A DNA stretch of 64,000 nt from the NCBI RefSeq assembly GCF_035084215.1, contig NC_090325.1, positions 196,726,001-196,790,000 on the forward strand, written 5' to 3'. A program made the position numbers and the translations under genes. Position 1 is the stretch's first letter, and the number at the start of each line of letters is the position of its first letter. This document shows, piece after piece, positions 1 to 13,272 of the stretch. Origin of the DNA: Heptranchias perlo. Taxonomy: Eukaryota. Below the pieces are notes generated by a model. The model searched no databases. It saw only the letters and a list, made by a program, of their open reading frames with translations, and had not been told where the DNA came from.

Positions 1-283
1 ACCCAGGAGGGAGTTAAATCATAGAATCGTAGAAATGGTGAATGAATAGTTTAACCTTCGAAGCACCTTTCAATGATCTGGATGCCCGCGTTCTCCCCAA
101 CTAGATTTCCCAACAGCAAGCAGTTAAACTGATATCGTTGCCACAAGAACATTTATCAAGTGAGTTCGAAGTCCCTCCTCTATCTGTAAACATTGCCTGA
201 ACTCTCAGCAGGAATGTTGCATCCTCGAGGATTAGAACTAGTCTCTAAACCAGTGACCACAATCTTCCTTATCTCAACTTAAG

Positions 284-1120
284 GAACATAGGAACAGGAG
301 GAGGCCATTCAGCCCCTCAAGCCTGTTCCGCCATTCAATTAGATCATGGCTGATCTGTATCTTAACTCCATCTACCTGCCTTGGTTCCATAACCCTTAAT
401 ACCCTTACCCAACAAAAATCTATCAATCTCAGTTTTGAAATTTTCAATTGACTCCCAGCCCCAACAGCTTTTTGGAGAGAGAGTTCCAGATTTCCACTCC
501 CCTTTGTGTGAAGAAATGCTTCCTGACATCATAAGGCTTCAAGATTAAGGTTACCTGGTCACCCAATTCTCAAAATTCTCAGGTGTCCCATCCTCCTGCT
601 CTTTCCCCATAGCCCACAAATTTTTCCTTTTCAAGTATTTATCCAATTCCCTTTTGAAAATTGCTTCCACCGCCCTTTCAGGCAGCCCATTCCAGATCAT
701 AACAACTCACTGTGTAAAAAAATTCTCCTCATCTCCCCTCTGGTTCTTTTGCCGATTACTTTAAATCCGTGTCCTCTGGTTACCGACCCTCCTGCCACTG
801 GAAACAATTTCTCCTTATTTACTCTATCAAAACCCTTCATGATTTTGAACATCTCTATTAAATCTCTCCTTAACTTTCTCTCTTCTAAGGAGAACAACCC
901 CAGTTTCTCCAGTCTCTCCACATAACTGAAGTCCCTCATCCCTGGTACCATTCTGGTAAATCTCCTCTGCACCCTCTCCAAGGTCTCGACATCCTTCCTA
1001 AAGTGCGGTGCCCAGAATTGGACACAATACTCCAGCTGGGGCCTAACCAGTGATTTATAAAGGTTTAGCATAACTTCCTTGCTTTTGTACTCTACGCCTC
1101 TATTGATAAAGCCCATAGAT
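284..1120 (-). mobile_element. CR1 LINE 3' fragments (two pieces, ~284-530 and ~590-1120)
   Basis: ORF 697-1116 LYKSLVRPQLEYCVQFWAPH...LERVQRRFTRM is the CR1 ORF2 C-terminus; typical 3' UTR tail. Boundaries approximate. Confidence 0.88.
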
Positions 1121-2111
1121 CCCGTGCTTGTGTAAAATGCACAATTTTACAGGCTGGGCCCCTCAACCTGAATTCCGTCCACTTTAGCAGAGCTCGGACC
1201 CAGGCTGATCCTCTGGTGATTTTCCGCCCTCCTGACCAACAAGCTGCCTCTAGGTGGCGATGGCAGCTCACCAATCGCATTAAAATCAGGCTGGCCACAA
1301 AAATGGCACATGGCCTCCCCCCCCCCCACTGACTCCACTGGATGGGAGGAATTCACTGCCTGATATACACCACATGAGAAAACTCTTGCAAGTTGTGCAA
1401 TTTTGGAAAGCAATATAAGCAGGCGTTGTATCAATAACCGGGAAGCAGACGTGCCAGGTTTCGAAACTCAAAGCAATGTCACCAGTTAATTCCCTCCCAT
1501 CCCCCGGTGCAGAGCAGTGAATCCCAGCTGTACACTGAGGCTCAATGAGCAAGAATGATGGTAGTTTGCATATTATAAAACACAGTAACCAGAACTGGAT
1601 ATATGAGTATAATCATCCTTCAGGCGTCAAAAAAGCATATCTTGTACAAAGCCACTCATTCAAATGAATGCATTGTTCTAACCAATTGATGTCTTGCACT
1701 GTTTGTGAAATTCCCGACACTGAGAAACAGCAGAAGGACCTGATCAGTGTCTAAAACAATTCCATATTTTCAAGTCCTGGTATTTTAAAATGGCAGAAAT
1801 GTTTAAACAGAATAACAGGAATTCAGTCTGAGAATGTTTTCACATTTTATAACAATTCTAGAAAGCACATGATTATATAAGGGTAAATTTTCTAAATCTA
1901 TGCTGGGGACACAGCTCAGCCTCACAACCAGTGCATTTCGAAAAATCACAAGCAGAATGTGAGCTTGGTTAAACACAGGCAGCATGGCCTTGATTGAGAT
2001 ATGATTGGCATTGGGTAAGGTACCTTATAATTTAATCAATTTAAATCACAATTTAACTTTTTTGGGGCTTTATAGTGGCAGTGATAGATGAGGCATAATA
2101 TCTTTACTTAC

Positions 2112-2366
2112 ATTAAATTGTGGCTTTCTCAACATCTGAGCATCCTTTAAAGAAGAGAGTAAGTAATAGTTTCTAGGTCCGATCTGCTGGCCATTAGCTT
2201 CAAGGTAAAATGTTACTACGCAGTTGTATCTACTGCAACCACATCGCCTCAGCAGATTATCAGTGGTCTCCTTGTATACAGGGGCTGAACTTCTTGCCTT
2301 AAGAGTAAAGTACGCAGTGGCATAAACACAGACTGGTTCCATTAGACTCCATTGGTAAACCTTAAT
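2112..2366 (-). CDS. MANBA: MANBA exon 16
   Basis: IKVYQWSLMEPVC...LLRRCGCSRYNCVVTFYL...RNYYLLSSLKDAQMLRKPQFN; 255 nt; tgtag| and |gtaagt. Confidence 0.95.
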
Positions 2367-3284
2367 CTACAGAACAAAAATATTAAGAATTAAATAAAGT
2401 CGTATCTAAAGCTCATACAATGTATTCCATTTTACGCATAAAACATAAAACTATAGCATAATGTTAAGTTTAAACACTGTGAAACCACAAGCTATCGTCC
2501 AGAAGAAAAACAGCCTTTTCTGATAAACGCAAATGTGTAGATTTGCTTATGTCAGTTTAAAATAACATTCAGACTGTGGCTGTTGTTAAAAAGATCAATT
2601 GGGTTTGTTCCTGGGATTGAATAAACAATATTAATCTTTATATCACCACAGACAGTTTCGTGTATTTCCCCAATTGTGAATCCAGTTGATTTCCAAACTT
2701 GCACTGTGCGTGCATTAGAATTGTTGGATAAGCTTTTTATATTATGAACTTTAATTCATTTAAGTTTGTTTGATCACTTGACTTTACAGCATTCAAGTGG
2801 TTAAAAACAGGTAACCCCATCACCTTTCAAAAACTCTGGTTCAGCTGCACTCGTTTTATAAACGTCACTAACATCGGCCGACACGCAAGTCGACGGGCCA
2901 GAAACTTTTTCTGGAGTTAAAAAAAAAAACAGGCTAAAGCAAAAAATCTCGTATCTCTCGAATATGGGAAGATTCCAGCCACCCACTGGATCTTTACACA
3001 AAGACAATTTAATTCACCTTTAACAAACAGGGTTAAAATACAACACAGGCTAATCTTCCAGCACAACAGGCTGCTGCAGGAATCAGGTACCACCGAGAAG
3101 CTTTCCAATATCCCAGCCAGGGAAGTTCCCCGATACATTGCTACAGTTTCCTCTCGTACGCAGAATCTGAGAAGAGACTGAGACAGAAGTGGAATCTTGT
3201 CCATGGTTTCTCCGTTTCTAGCAGTTTGAAACACCACATTCAAAATGAAGGTGGCACCTCAACATGTTTTCCTCATAGAAAAGG

Positions 3285-3597
3285 TTACTTCGTCTTTTGG
3301 ATGAGATGTGAAACCGAGGCCCCATCTGCTCATAGGTGGCTACTATTTCGAAGACGAGCAGGGGAATTCTCCCTAGTGTCCTGGGGTCAATATTTATCCC
3401 TCAACCAACATCATTAAAAAACAGATTATCTGGTAATTATCACATTGCTGTTTGTGGGATCTTGTTGTGTGCAAATTGGTGCTGCGTTTCCTACATTACA
3501 ACAGTGACTACACTTCAAAAGTACTTCATTGGCTGTAAAGGCCTTTGGGACGTCCTGAGGTCATGAAAGGCGCTATATAAATGCAAGTCTTTCTTTT
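3285..3597 (+). mobile_element. 5'-truncated SacSINE1/Deu-type SINE
   Basis: Similar to the copy at 7081-7540; ends GCTATATAAATGCAAGTCTTTCTTT. Confidence 0.8.
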
Positions 3598-3923
3598 TTG
3601 AAGGGGCAGAGTATTTTTTCTGACATACTAAATGTCTGATTGCAAAGTTGTTAAGAGTTGATATACTACAAGAACATTTGATGTAAACTATTCATATAAA
3701 TCGCCCATTCCCCTAAAACCAATGCTGATAGTTTCATTTTGACCTGATGTATCACATGAAAGAATCTCAAACCCAGCCACCATACGGATTGAAAGGGTGA
3801 ATTCTTGCATTTGGAGACCAGAGATCAAACTGCTGGGCGAACTCTACTGGTATCAATAGGTTGGGAAGCACAGCGATAGTAACTAATTCAAACCTTTACA
3901 GTAAGGAATGTAGTAATACATAC

Positions 3924-4066
3924 CTGTAGCACGAGTTGATGGTCTGTATGCAAATCAGATATTCCATAGATTAAAAGCGTCCCGTGATCTTCAAAAGCTA
4001 CGGGCAAAACAGGCGCAAAAAATCTCCGTGCAAAGTAATGAAGCATCTTCCATTTTCCACCATATT
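3924..4066 (-). CDS. MANBA: MANBA exon 15
   Basis: (E)[47 protein letters not shown]; 143 nt; cccag| and |gtatgt. Confidence 0.97.
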
Positions 4067-4873
4067 CTGGGGAGAAGGAAAAAGAATGAAGGATGTTCAG
4101 TCACTGCAGCAAAGTTAACTAAAAATATTACAGGTTTTTGTTTTTTTGGTTTGCCTTGAAATCATAGTTTTGAAGAAAAAGGTTAGCAGAAATAGTGACA
4201 AACAACATCTTGTAGCAGAACAGACAGAGATAACTGAAGCAAAAGACAGAGTTTGTGTGTTTGACACTGGTAGTTACAAGTAACATGGGAAGACTTGGTG
4301 AAAGTCCTGGGGTGTAAGAGTGAGTCAAGGATTTTCCATAGGCTTCTGCATGCACAGGAACCCTGAAATCCTGAAGTGCCATTTATTATTAAGTTACAAA
4401 AATGACAACATCAATGATAGATAGAAATAAACAGGACTTTTGAGAATGTGTGCAGTGTATTTTTGTGGCGGGAATCAAGCTTGGACCAGAGATAGAACAG
4501 GGATAGAAATCTCCACTAACCCGATAGTTTCATTGGGAAAGCCCCACGTGTAACTGTGCCAAACAGACCAGACGGTCCCCGGTTTGACTCCCTGTCTGTG
4601 TCGGGCCAGCTAATCTCACCTGTGAATGCAGTTAAGAACTACAAGTGACCTCTGCACTCGTGTGTTGTAAAGGAGGAAATCAGGCAGAATTATCGGTCCC
4701 GATTACTATTCAGTGCCCCTTGCTCGTAGTGTGGATATTAGACGAGGTGAGGATCAGAAAAATTAAAAGGGTTCCTTTGAGATAGAAAGGCACAGCGTCT
4801 GGGTGGCACGGAGAGAGAATTGTTTTTCTTAATGAAGAAAAATGGAGCTTTCTCAAACTTGAAAGAAGGAAGT

Positions 4874-4965
4874 AAAAACAGAAAATGCTGGAGAAGCTCA
4901 GCAAGTCAGGCAGCATCTGTGGAAAAAGGAACAGAGTTAATGTTTCAGGTCAAAGGCCTTTCGTC
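4874..4965 (-). mobile_element. 92-bp Penelope-type terminal fragment (family 2) with truncated hammerhead core
   Basis: 12-bp direct repeat AAAGAAGGAAGT at 4862-4873 and 4966-4977; homologous to 13091-13176; minus strand reads (T)GACGA-A-AGGCC-TTT-GACCT-GAAA-CA-TT. Confidence 0.72.
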
Positions 4966-7080
4966 AAAGAAGGAAGTTCTGATTAGGAACGAACAATTTG
5001 TCTCTTATCTAAGTTTTATTATTTTATTAAAGACACCAGGGATACATAAACCCACCGTAGGAACATTTTGCATTTATATAGCAACTTAGCACATCTCTGA
5101 CGACGTCTCAAAGCACTTCACATCCAATGAATTACTCTCTGGACTGTTGTTATGTGGCTAAGCACAGCAGCCAATTTGCTTACAGCAAGATGCCATGAGG
5201 TGTTATTATGTGTTACATGATCACCTCTTGTATCACACAGCTCATCATAACATCTCAGAAAACCATCTGGTTATGCCTCTGATGAAGAATCTTGAAAATG
5301 CATCCAAATTAAAATCCAAGTTCCATCAGAAACTACAATAAGCCCATAGGTCTTCTCTCTGCAAGATTCTTCATAAGGGGCCTTGTACTTGTTGCACCCT
5401 GAAGGGCAGCGCCCATAGAATGATTAGGTTTAATATGATCTGAGATTCCGATACACCAGGGACCAGGATCCAAGTATACAACTTTAAATGGGACAAATTC
5501 AATTAAATGAGGAAACAATTAAAGCAAATAGACTGGAGCAGAATATTCAACAAGACTTCAGGAGAAGACGAGTACAACACCTTTAAAAGAATAAAGCTAG
5601 AACTCAAAATAAATACAATCCTAGAATTAGCAAGCTCGGGCTAAACAAATGTGACCCTAAATAGATTAACAAACTAAATTAAAAGTGAAATAAAGAAGAA
5701 AAATGACCTCTGGAAACGAGCAAAGAGGAACAGGAAGGAGTTCATTGGGAAGCTCTGACGTGAGGGATTGGCAGTGACAACAGAACAATTCTTTGCAACG
5801 GTTTTGATTTTTTACTGGCGGTCAGACTCTGTCTAAGATGGAAACTCTAGATTTTAATGGGCATTTGGAAAGATAATTGACCAAATGTTAACTGAACCAG
5901 AAAATGAAAGCTGAGGGGGTTACGACACTGGCAAAAGAGGTCATTTTTGATGAGACTCTGCCTTTAGATTTTTGAATTGCCTAGTACATACATATCATTC
6001 ATAAAAAACCCCAAATATCTAATAATATATTAAGAATCATACGCCCATTAGAGGAGATGGGGAGGTGACCAAAGGATGCGGCCCAAGAGATCGTTTTTAA
6101 GGAGTGTTTTGAATGGGGCAGAAATGTGATGAGCTGGACGAGTTTGTGAAGAGAATTCCTTCCAGATCTGTATGGCTGATGGCTCTGCCATTGATGGTAG
6201 AACTCGGGGGGGGGGGGGGGGGGGGGGGGGAGATAGACGCACAGTAAGGAAGTGTCAGAAGTATAAAGAGTGCGTACTAGAAAGTTTTGGTCACTTGTGG
6301 CAATGCCACACATTACCCCACACTCTTGCCTCCATTTGCTCTCTGCTTCCTTATATTTATCTTATGGTAAAAGAAGTCCTATAGGGGCCAGGATTTTCCC
6401 TATCTCATTTGGAGAGGGAATCACACTCCTCGTTTCCCCCCTTGCTGTACCTGGACACCAGGCTGTGTGTCTTACTGCAAACGGAAGTATTACTGTGCGA
6501 CGGTAAGCAGGAAGAAAATTGTAACTGTTTAATTTTAGGACTTAAAACTGTAGCGTCCACAACATTCCAAACCCAGGAATTTATTTTAAAATATTCAATC
6601 AGTAATGGGTTTTGTTATTTTCCTCAATGGGATCATTTCCTCCTTCGGAAAACTGCTGACAAGTTTATTTTTACAATCTCAACATTTTCATTCTAAAATC
6701 TGAAATTGAGAAAAACTTTTCAAATTTCCCTTCCCTCTATAGATTCTTTCATATTTCCCGCAGCGTCAGGCTGAAGTGCAGAGAGGTTATCTTTTGGGCA
6801 CGGTCTCACATTATTTGCTTAAATTCAATTAAGGCGATCTCACACACCCAGTTTAGTTTGCGTCAATCCAAAATTGCTTTGCATTAATTTAAATGTGTAG
6901 TATGATTCTGTGTCTATGTTTCTGTTTCTATTAAACAATGTTCACACAGTAGCCTCAGTGTTCTGAGTGCATGCTGACAGCAACATCCCTCATCCACCAT
7001 CAGCGCATCTGTTGCACAATTGCAAATAAATGCGAGTGCGATTTTCAGATATGTGCTGTGAATAGGCCAGGTGCTCAGAC

Positions 7081-7540
7081 GTCAGCCATGGCTCAGTGGG
7101 CAGGACTCTCGCCTCTGGATCAGTAGGTTGTGGGTTCAAGCCCCACTCCAGAGACTTGAGCCCATAATCCAGGCTGACGCTCCCAGTGCAGTACTAAGGG
7201 AGTACTGCACTGTTGGAAATGCCATCTTTCGGATGAGATATTGAGCTGAGGCCCCGTCTGCCCCCTCAGGTGGGTGTGAAAGATACCATGGCACTATTTC
7301 GAAGAGGAGCAGGGAACGTCTCCCCAGTGTCCGGGCCAATATTTATCCCTCACTAAAACAAATTATCTGGTCATTATCACACTGCTGTTTATGGGACCTT
7401 GCTGTGCACAAATTGGCTGCTGCATTTCCTACATTACAACAGTGACTAACTTTGAAAAGTACTTCATTGGCTGTAAAACGCTTTGGGGCGCCCTGAGGTC
7501 GTGAAAGGTGCTATATAAATGCAAGTCTGTCTTTCTTTCT
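7081..7540 (+). mobile_element. Near full-length tRNA-derived SINE (SacSINE1/DeuSINE-like)
   Basis: A box TGGCTCAGTGG, B box GGTTCAAGCCC, central conserved domain, L2-like 3' tail; multiple homologous copies in the window. Family name recalled, not searched. Confidence 0.82.
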
Positions 7541-7747
7541 CACCACCAACACATTCTCATGAAATCTACCCCAGTGTTTAATCTTTAATGTGAAAGTTTT
7601 CAGACTATCCAGCCCTGTTGACATAACGTGCAGGTAATATGGCATTCAACAGATTTTTCATCAGAGCTATTTGTAAGAGAAAGGTTTTCAGTCAGAAGTA
7701 GAGGTTAACAGGTACAAAGATGGCATTTATTTTTAGAAACTGCATAC

Positions 7748-7892
7748 CAATGGAGGCCCAGGAGGGAGCCTGCCAGATGTCATTAAGCTGCCAGTACAAT
7801 GCGCCCATCGTCAAACCATGACCATCGATGATCTCACTTTGGCTGCGACGGTAGAACTCAGTTTGTGTTTTTATACATTGTGCTTGCATCAC
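7748..7892 (-). CDS. MANBA: MANBA exon 14
   Basis: [48 protein letters not shown]; 145 nt; aacag| and |gtatgc. Confidence 0.97.
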
Positions 7893-7953
7893 CTGTTTGT
7901 AAATATATAAATATATATACACACAACATGAAGGAGGACATTTTTATACTTCA

Positions 7954-9864
7954 CATAAGAATAAGAAATAGGGGCAGGAGTAGGCCATATGACCCCTCGA
8001 GCCTGCTCCACCATTCAATCAGATCATGGCTGATCTTCGACCTCAACTCCACTTTCCTGCCCGATCCCCATGTCCCTTGATTCCCCTAGAGTCCAAAAAT
8101 CTATCGATTTCAGTCTTGAATATAATCAACGACTGAGCATCTACAGCCCTCTGGGGTAGAGAATTCCAAAGATTCACAACCCTCTCAGTGAAGAAATTCC
8201 TCCTCATCTCAGTCTTAAATGGCCGACCCCTTATAGAAACATAGAACCATAGAAAAATTTACGGCTCAGAAGGAGGCCATTCGGCCCATCGTGCCTGTGG
8301 AAAAAGAGCCACCCAGCCTAATCCCACTTTCCAGCACTTGGTCCGTAGCCCTGTAGGTTTCGGCACTTCAGGTGCACATCCAGGTACTTTTTAAATGAAT
8401 TGAGGGTTTCTGCCTCTCCCACCCTTTCAGGCAGTGAGATCCAGACTCCCACCACCCTCTGGGTGAAAAAACTTTTCCTCAGCTTCCCTCTAATCCTTCC
8501 ACCAATCACTTTAAATCTATGCCCCTTGGTTATTGACCTCTCCTTATGGGAAATGGGTCCTTCCTATCCACTCTATCTGGGCCCCTCATAATTTTATACA
8601 CCTCAATTAAATCTCCCCTCAGCCTCCTCTGTTCCAAAGAAAACAACCCCAGCCTATCCAATCTTTCCTCATATCTAAAATTCTCCAGTCCTGGCAACAT
8701 CCTTGTAAATCTCCTCTGCACCCTCTCTAGTGCAATCACATCCTTCCTGTAATGTGGTGACCAGAACTGTACACAGTACTCAAGCTGTGGCCTAACTAGT
8801 ATTTTATACTGTTCTAGCATAACCTCCCTGCTCTTATATTCTATGCCTCAGCTAATAAAGGAAAGTATGCCTGCTTAACCACTTTATCTACCTGTCCTGC
8901 TACCTTCAGGGATCTGTGGACATGCACTCCAAGGTCCCTCTCTTCCTCTACACCTCTCAGTATCCTCCCATTTATTGTATACTCCCTTGCCTCGTTTGAT
9001 CTCCCCAAACACATTACCTCACACTTCTCTGGATTGAATTCCATTTGCCACTTTTCTGCCCATTGATATCTTCCTGCAGTCTACAGCTTTCCTCCTCACT
9101 ATCAACCACAAGACCAATTTTTGTATCATCTGCAAACTTCTTAATCATGCCCCCTACATGCAAGTCTAAATCATTTATACCATAAAAAGCAAGGGACCTA
9201 ATACTGAACCCTACGGAACCCCACTGGAAACAACCTTCCAGTCACAAAAACACCTGTCGACCATTACCCTTTGCTTCCTGCCACTCAGCCAATTTTTGAT
9301 CCAATTTGCCACTTTCCCTTGGATGCCATGAGCTTTTACTTTTCTGACCAGTCTGCCATGTGGGACCTCGTGAAAAGCCTTGCTAAAATCCACGTAGACT
9401 ACATCAATGCACTACCCTCATCGACCCTCCTTGTTACCTCCTCAAAAAACTCAATTAAGTTAGTCAGACATGACCTTCCCTTAACAAATCCATGCTGACT
9501 GTCCTCGATTAATCCGTGCCTTTCTAAATGACGATTTGTACTGTCCCTCAGAATTGATTCCAATAATCTGCCCAACACCGAGGTTAGACTGACTGGCCTG
9601 TAATTACTCGGTCTATCCCTTTCTCCCTTTTTAAACAACGGTACAACGTTAGCAGTCCTCCAATCCTCTGGCACCATACCTGTAGCCAGGGAGATTGAGA
9701 CTATGTCCCCTAGTTTTAGACACTCCAGCCAGGGGAAACAATCTCTCAGCATCTACCCTGTCAAGGCCACTCAGAATATTTTATGTTTCAATGAGATCAC
9801 CTCTCATTCTTCTAAACTCCAGAGAGTATAGGCCCATTGTACTCAACCTCTCCTCATAGGACAT
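7954..9864 (-). mobile_element. Nested CR1 LINEs: outer copy (7954-8234 + ~9696-9864) interrupted by inner copy (~8235-9695)
   Basis: Disrupted RT ORFs (NYRPVSLTS, QHGFVKGRSCLTNL, DFSKAF, SGVP, LEYCVQFWSPH); the outer sequence resumes colinearly after the inner element. Confidence 0.88.
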
Positions 9865-10977
9865 AGTGCATCACCTGTTTGTAAATATATGTATACTATA
9901 TACACAAACACCGATAATATATACACATATATATATATACATATACACACACGTAACATGAAGGAGGACATTTTTATGATGTGCATACATCGCATCAGTA
10001 TTATTAAATCAAAAAAGATTTAGTCACTGATTTAAAGTGGCATAAATCCACAGCGTTTAAAACTGCTCTATCACTCTCAAACTCATCCAAGTGTTTTAAA
10101 GGTTCACAATCAACAGTGGGAAAAATTAAACATTTGAAAGTTGCAACATCTCCTTTAATGATCCTATTTTATTGAAATGCACAAACAAAATATTGTCACC
10201 TCCCATTAAAATTTCTAAGATTTTCATCAACACCATTTAGTTCTTTTTTTCAAACCACAGAAAAACAATTCACATTCCCGATTCCTTCTCCTCCAACCAC
10301 TTTCCACAGTCAGGAATGCAATGACCTGGCTGCCAAAGCTCTTCTAAAAATTGCTTTCAATTCTACTTTATAATTGGCTAACGGGGCATAATTTCCACAC
10401 CTGCAATGTCCATTGTGGTCTCGTATCGATCTGCTAGCCCTGCTGAGAGGAGACAACACACTCCGAAATACAGGCAGCTTCAAGTAACAGAAACCCTGGG
10501 ACTGTAGCCCACAACCTTCTAGTTAGAAGGTAGACATTCTATACTTTACTGAACCAACTTAACAAATAAACTTCACAGTTCTCCAAGGATTTGGATGGTC
10601 AATCGGGATTGAGAAGGTTTATTTGCTGATTCGGCCAGTAGCTCCTGATGCTTACACTCTTAGCCTTTCCTTTCTTAATCCGATTAGTTCCTTGTACCAA
10701 ACAATATCCTGAATCCAACTTCTACCGAGTGACACTGGGTTACACAATGGCACCAGTAATCCAGCTAGTTTTGTTTGTCCAATTACAAGGATATTTATAC
10801 GTTCATAACCCAGTTATCAGATGACCAATAAAGCACACCATGGCATACAGCTGTGATAAGAGAATTAAGATGTGTTTTGGCACTAATGAATATCCAGGTT
10901 ATTTATCACGGGTTCCAAATATTCCGTTATTCTGATCCACTGCGATATCGTGGCAGTACAGTTTATTAGATCACTAC

Positions 10978-11142
10978 CTGAGTGAGATATAGAGTATCTC
11001 TGAAGTTCTGCAGGGGATCCTTTGCCTGAGAAAGGTTAAAGTGAATCTGAGTTTGGTGCAGCAATTTCTTGTTTCCAGCAATCTGGTGCTGTCGATGATC
11101 GGTGAAAGAACTGTTGTAATACCAGTCTTCAGGAGAAGAAAC
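10978..11142 (-). CDS. MANBA: MANBA exon 13
   Basis: VSSPEDWYYNSSFTDHRQHQIAGNKKLLHQTQIHFNLSQAKDPLQNFRDTLYLTQ; 165 nt; acaag| and |gtagtg. Confidence 0.95.
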
Positions 11143-12797
11143 CTTGTTAACAAGAAAAGGCAGAAACTTTAGAAGCATTTCATTTTCCTCAGAGATGCAG
11201 CATTCTCTCTAAAATACTCAGATTAGTCTCATGGCCCCTCAGTCTTCCCAATAATGTTTAAAAATGAGGATAGAGTGGAGCTCCTGGATTCTAATTTCTG
11301 ACAAAGCCATTTTTCCTCTACATCTGAATGTCCTTCAAATAAAAGGAAAAATGTGAAGAATGTTAGCAGCATTCCAACTGTACAGCACTTGATCTGCATG
11401 GAACAACTGAATTATGAGATGTGTAGTTTCTGAATGGAGTTGGCATTTGGTCCATTGCACCACAAAGGGTTAAACTATCTAAGGGGTTTAATCGGACGAT
11501 TCTGAGGTTAAATCGCCATCTCTGAACCACACAGATTCGGAGGCTTCAATACTCCGTCTGTGTTGACTTATCTGATCTTAGCCGGAGTAGCAGTAGAGCT
11601 GACTGCAGCATTCCTATTGGCCATTTTTTTTTATCATCACTAACCAACAATCCCTACTGAAAGTGTGCGTGTGTACATGTACGTGCATGCGTATGTGTAC
11701 ATGTGTGCGTACATGTATGTGTACATGCGTGCATGCGAATGCACCAACTGAGATCAGGATCAGGTTCAGTTGTTAAGTCCCCCACAGTCAGTCACTTCTA
11801 GCTCTCACTGTCAAGACTCTCAGATCAGTTGAGCAAAGTACTGGAGACCAAAGCAGTGAGAGAGTAAATGGGGGATAGGGAATGGAGAAAACTGGAGAGG
11901 ATTTTAAAGAAAACAGCTCAGGGTGTGAATGTGGGGACTCCCCTTCCATGATCCAGTTCAGATAATTCTCCCAAACTCAGAAACAGACAGTACTGTTCCA
12001 TAAAAAGGCTACATCCAGTATGTGGCATTTACATTTTGAAGAGATGCCTGCAGTTACTGAATGTACTATTTAAACTGACTTCACCTGTCACTCAGTTAAG
12101 ATCATATCTAGCTGACATACATGCTTAAATTTGAATCTTTAAGGGTTCCCAGTGCATTAAATTATTGGCCTGTGCACCTCAAATTCCCCAATATTCACTC
12201 CCTTTGGGAAGTCGCTGCACCTGGAGCATGAAGATGAAAATTTAACCTTAGTCACAGATCATAACACATCCCAGCGACACACAGAACTTCTCAATGTGTG
12301 AAGCCAGGTGGTAGTAACATAGAGGTATTGCTTACCAACCTCACAAGGCTCTCATTACATTGCAACACCACAAGTTATAAAACAAACAAGAATGACTATT
12401 TCTGTATGTAATGGGACAAAGGTAACTACACATGCAGCATTGAATTACTGACCTTCACCACTAAAGTTAATTTTAGACACCCAAGAACAGCTGATGTGAC
12501 TGAAACCAGGAGAGGGCGTCTTCTGGTAAATTGTCAAATCAGCAGTCACCCAGAACAATTGCAACATTCAAAACAACTGCGACTTAATAAAAACATTTAA
12601 CAGTTTCTGCAAAGCAAGTTATCAGTTAATCAGCTGTACGACTGGACTACGCTGCGTGCTGAACATGATTTAATGGGATTATTTTAATTAGTCAAAGGGA
12701 ACTGACACCATTAACTCATGTGATTTATTTACTTGTCTGGCATTTCCAAACAACAATTTCCAGCTACTGAAAAATAAATAGTTGCACTATTACATAC

Positions 12798-13016
12798 CCT
12801 TTCTAAAGTTGAGAGAGATGGCCAAGACTGAAAGCCGTATTCAGATGCAAATCTCGTCTTTGGAAAATGTGTCCAGTCCCAACAGTCGGTTATGTAATTA
12901 TAATAGTGGGTATCACCATAACGGACATCGTAAGGGTTCTTGGCAACCCACTTCTCCTGAATGGATTCCTCTCCGTTAGTGGGACTTGAAGCAATATAAG
13001 GACGAGTCCTGTCCTC
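12798..13016 (-). CDS. MANBA: MANBA exon 12 (nucleophile Glu in RFASEYG)
   Basis: EDRTRPYIASSPTNG...FPKTRFASEYGFQSWPSLSTLER; 219 nt; cccag| and |gtatgt. Confidence 0.97.
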
Positions 13017-13090
13017 CTGGGAACAGATGTTTAAAATATTCGTGAAGCAGTCGCTCTGGGTGAGTCTGTGCTAATCATAAAAATACTGAA

Positions 13091-13272
13091 ATAAAAATAA
13101 GGAAATGCTGTAAACACTCAGCAGGTCAGGCAGCATCCGCGGAGTTAAACGTTACAGGTCGATGACCTTTCATCAAGCACTCTCTCCCCACAGGTGCTGC
13201 CTGATCTGCTGAGGGTTTCCAGCATTTTCTATTTTTATTTCAGATTTCCACCATCCACAGTATTTTGTTTGT
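13091..13272. mobile_element. 182-bp fold-back Penelope-derived element (family 2)
   Basis: 14-bp direct repeat ATAAAAATACTGAA at 13077-13090 and 13273-13286; ~50-bp inverted arms at 13091-13142 and 13187-13238; degenerate hammerhead between them. Confidence 0.78.

Noticed and set aside
1-2111. MANBA terminal exon 17
   Set aside because: No segment encoding the expected APFVWL...GRFSDNGF-like peptide was found; it is presumed to lie beyond the window edge.
5279-5374. CTGATGA...GAAA hammerhead-like string and a 13-bp inverted repeat (5282-5294 / 5362-5374)
   Set aside because: Stem II has no viable loop and there is no convincing stem I; it may be chance or a very old relic.
7081-7150. tRNA gene
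   Set aside because: The A and B boxes belong to a tRNA-derived SINE head; there is no complete cloverleaf.
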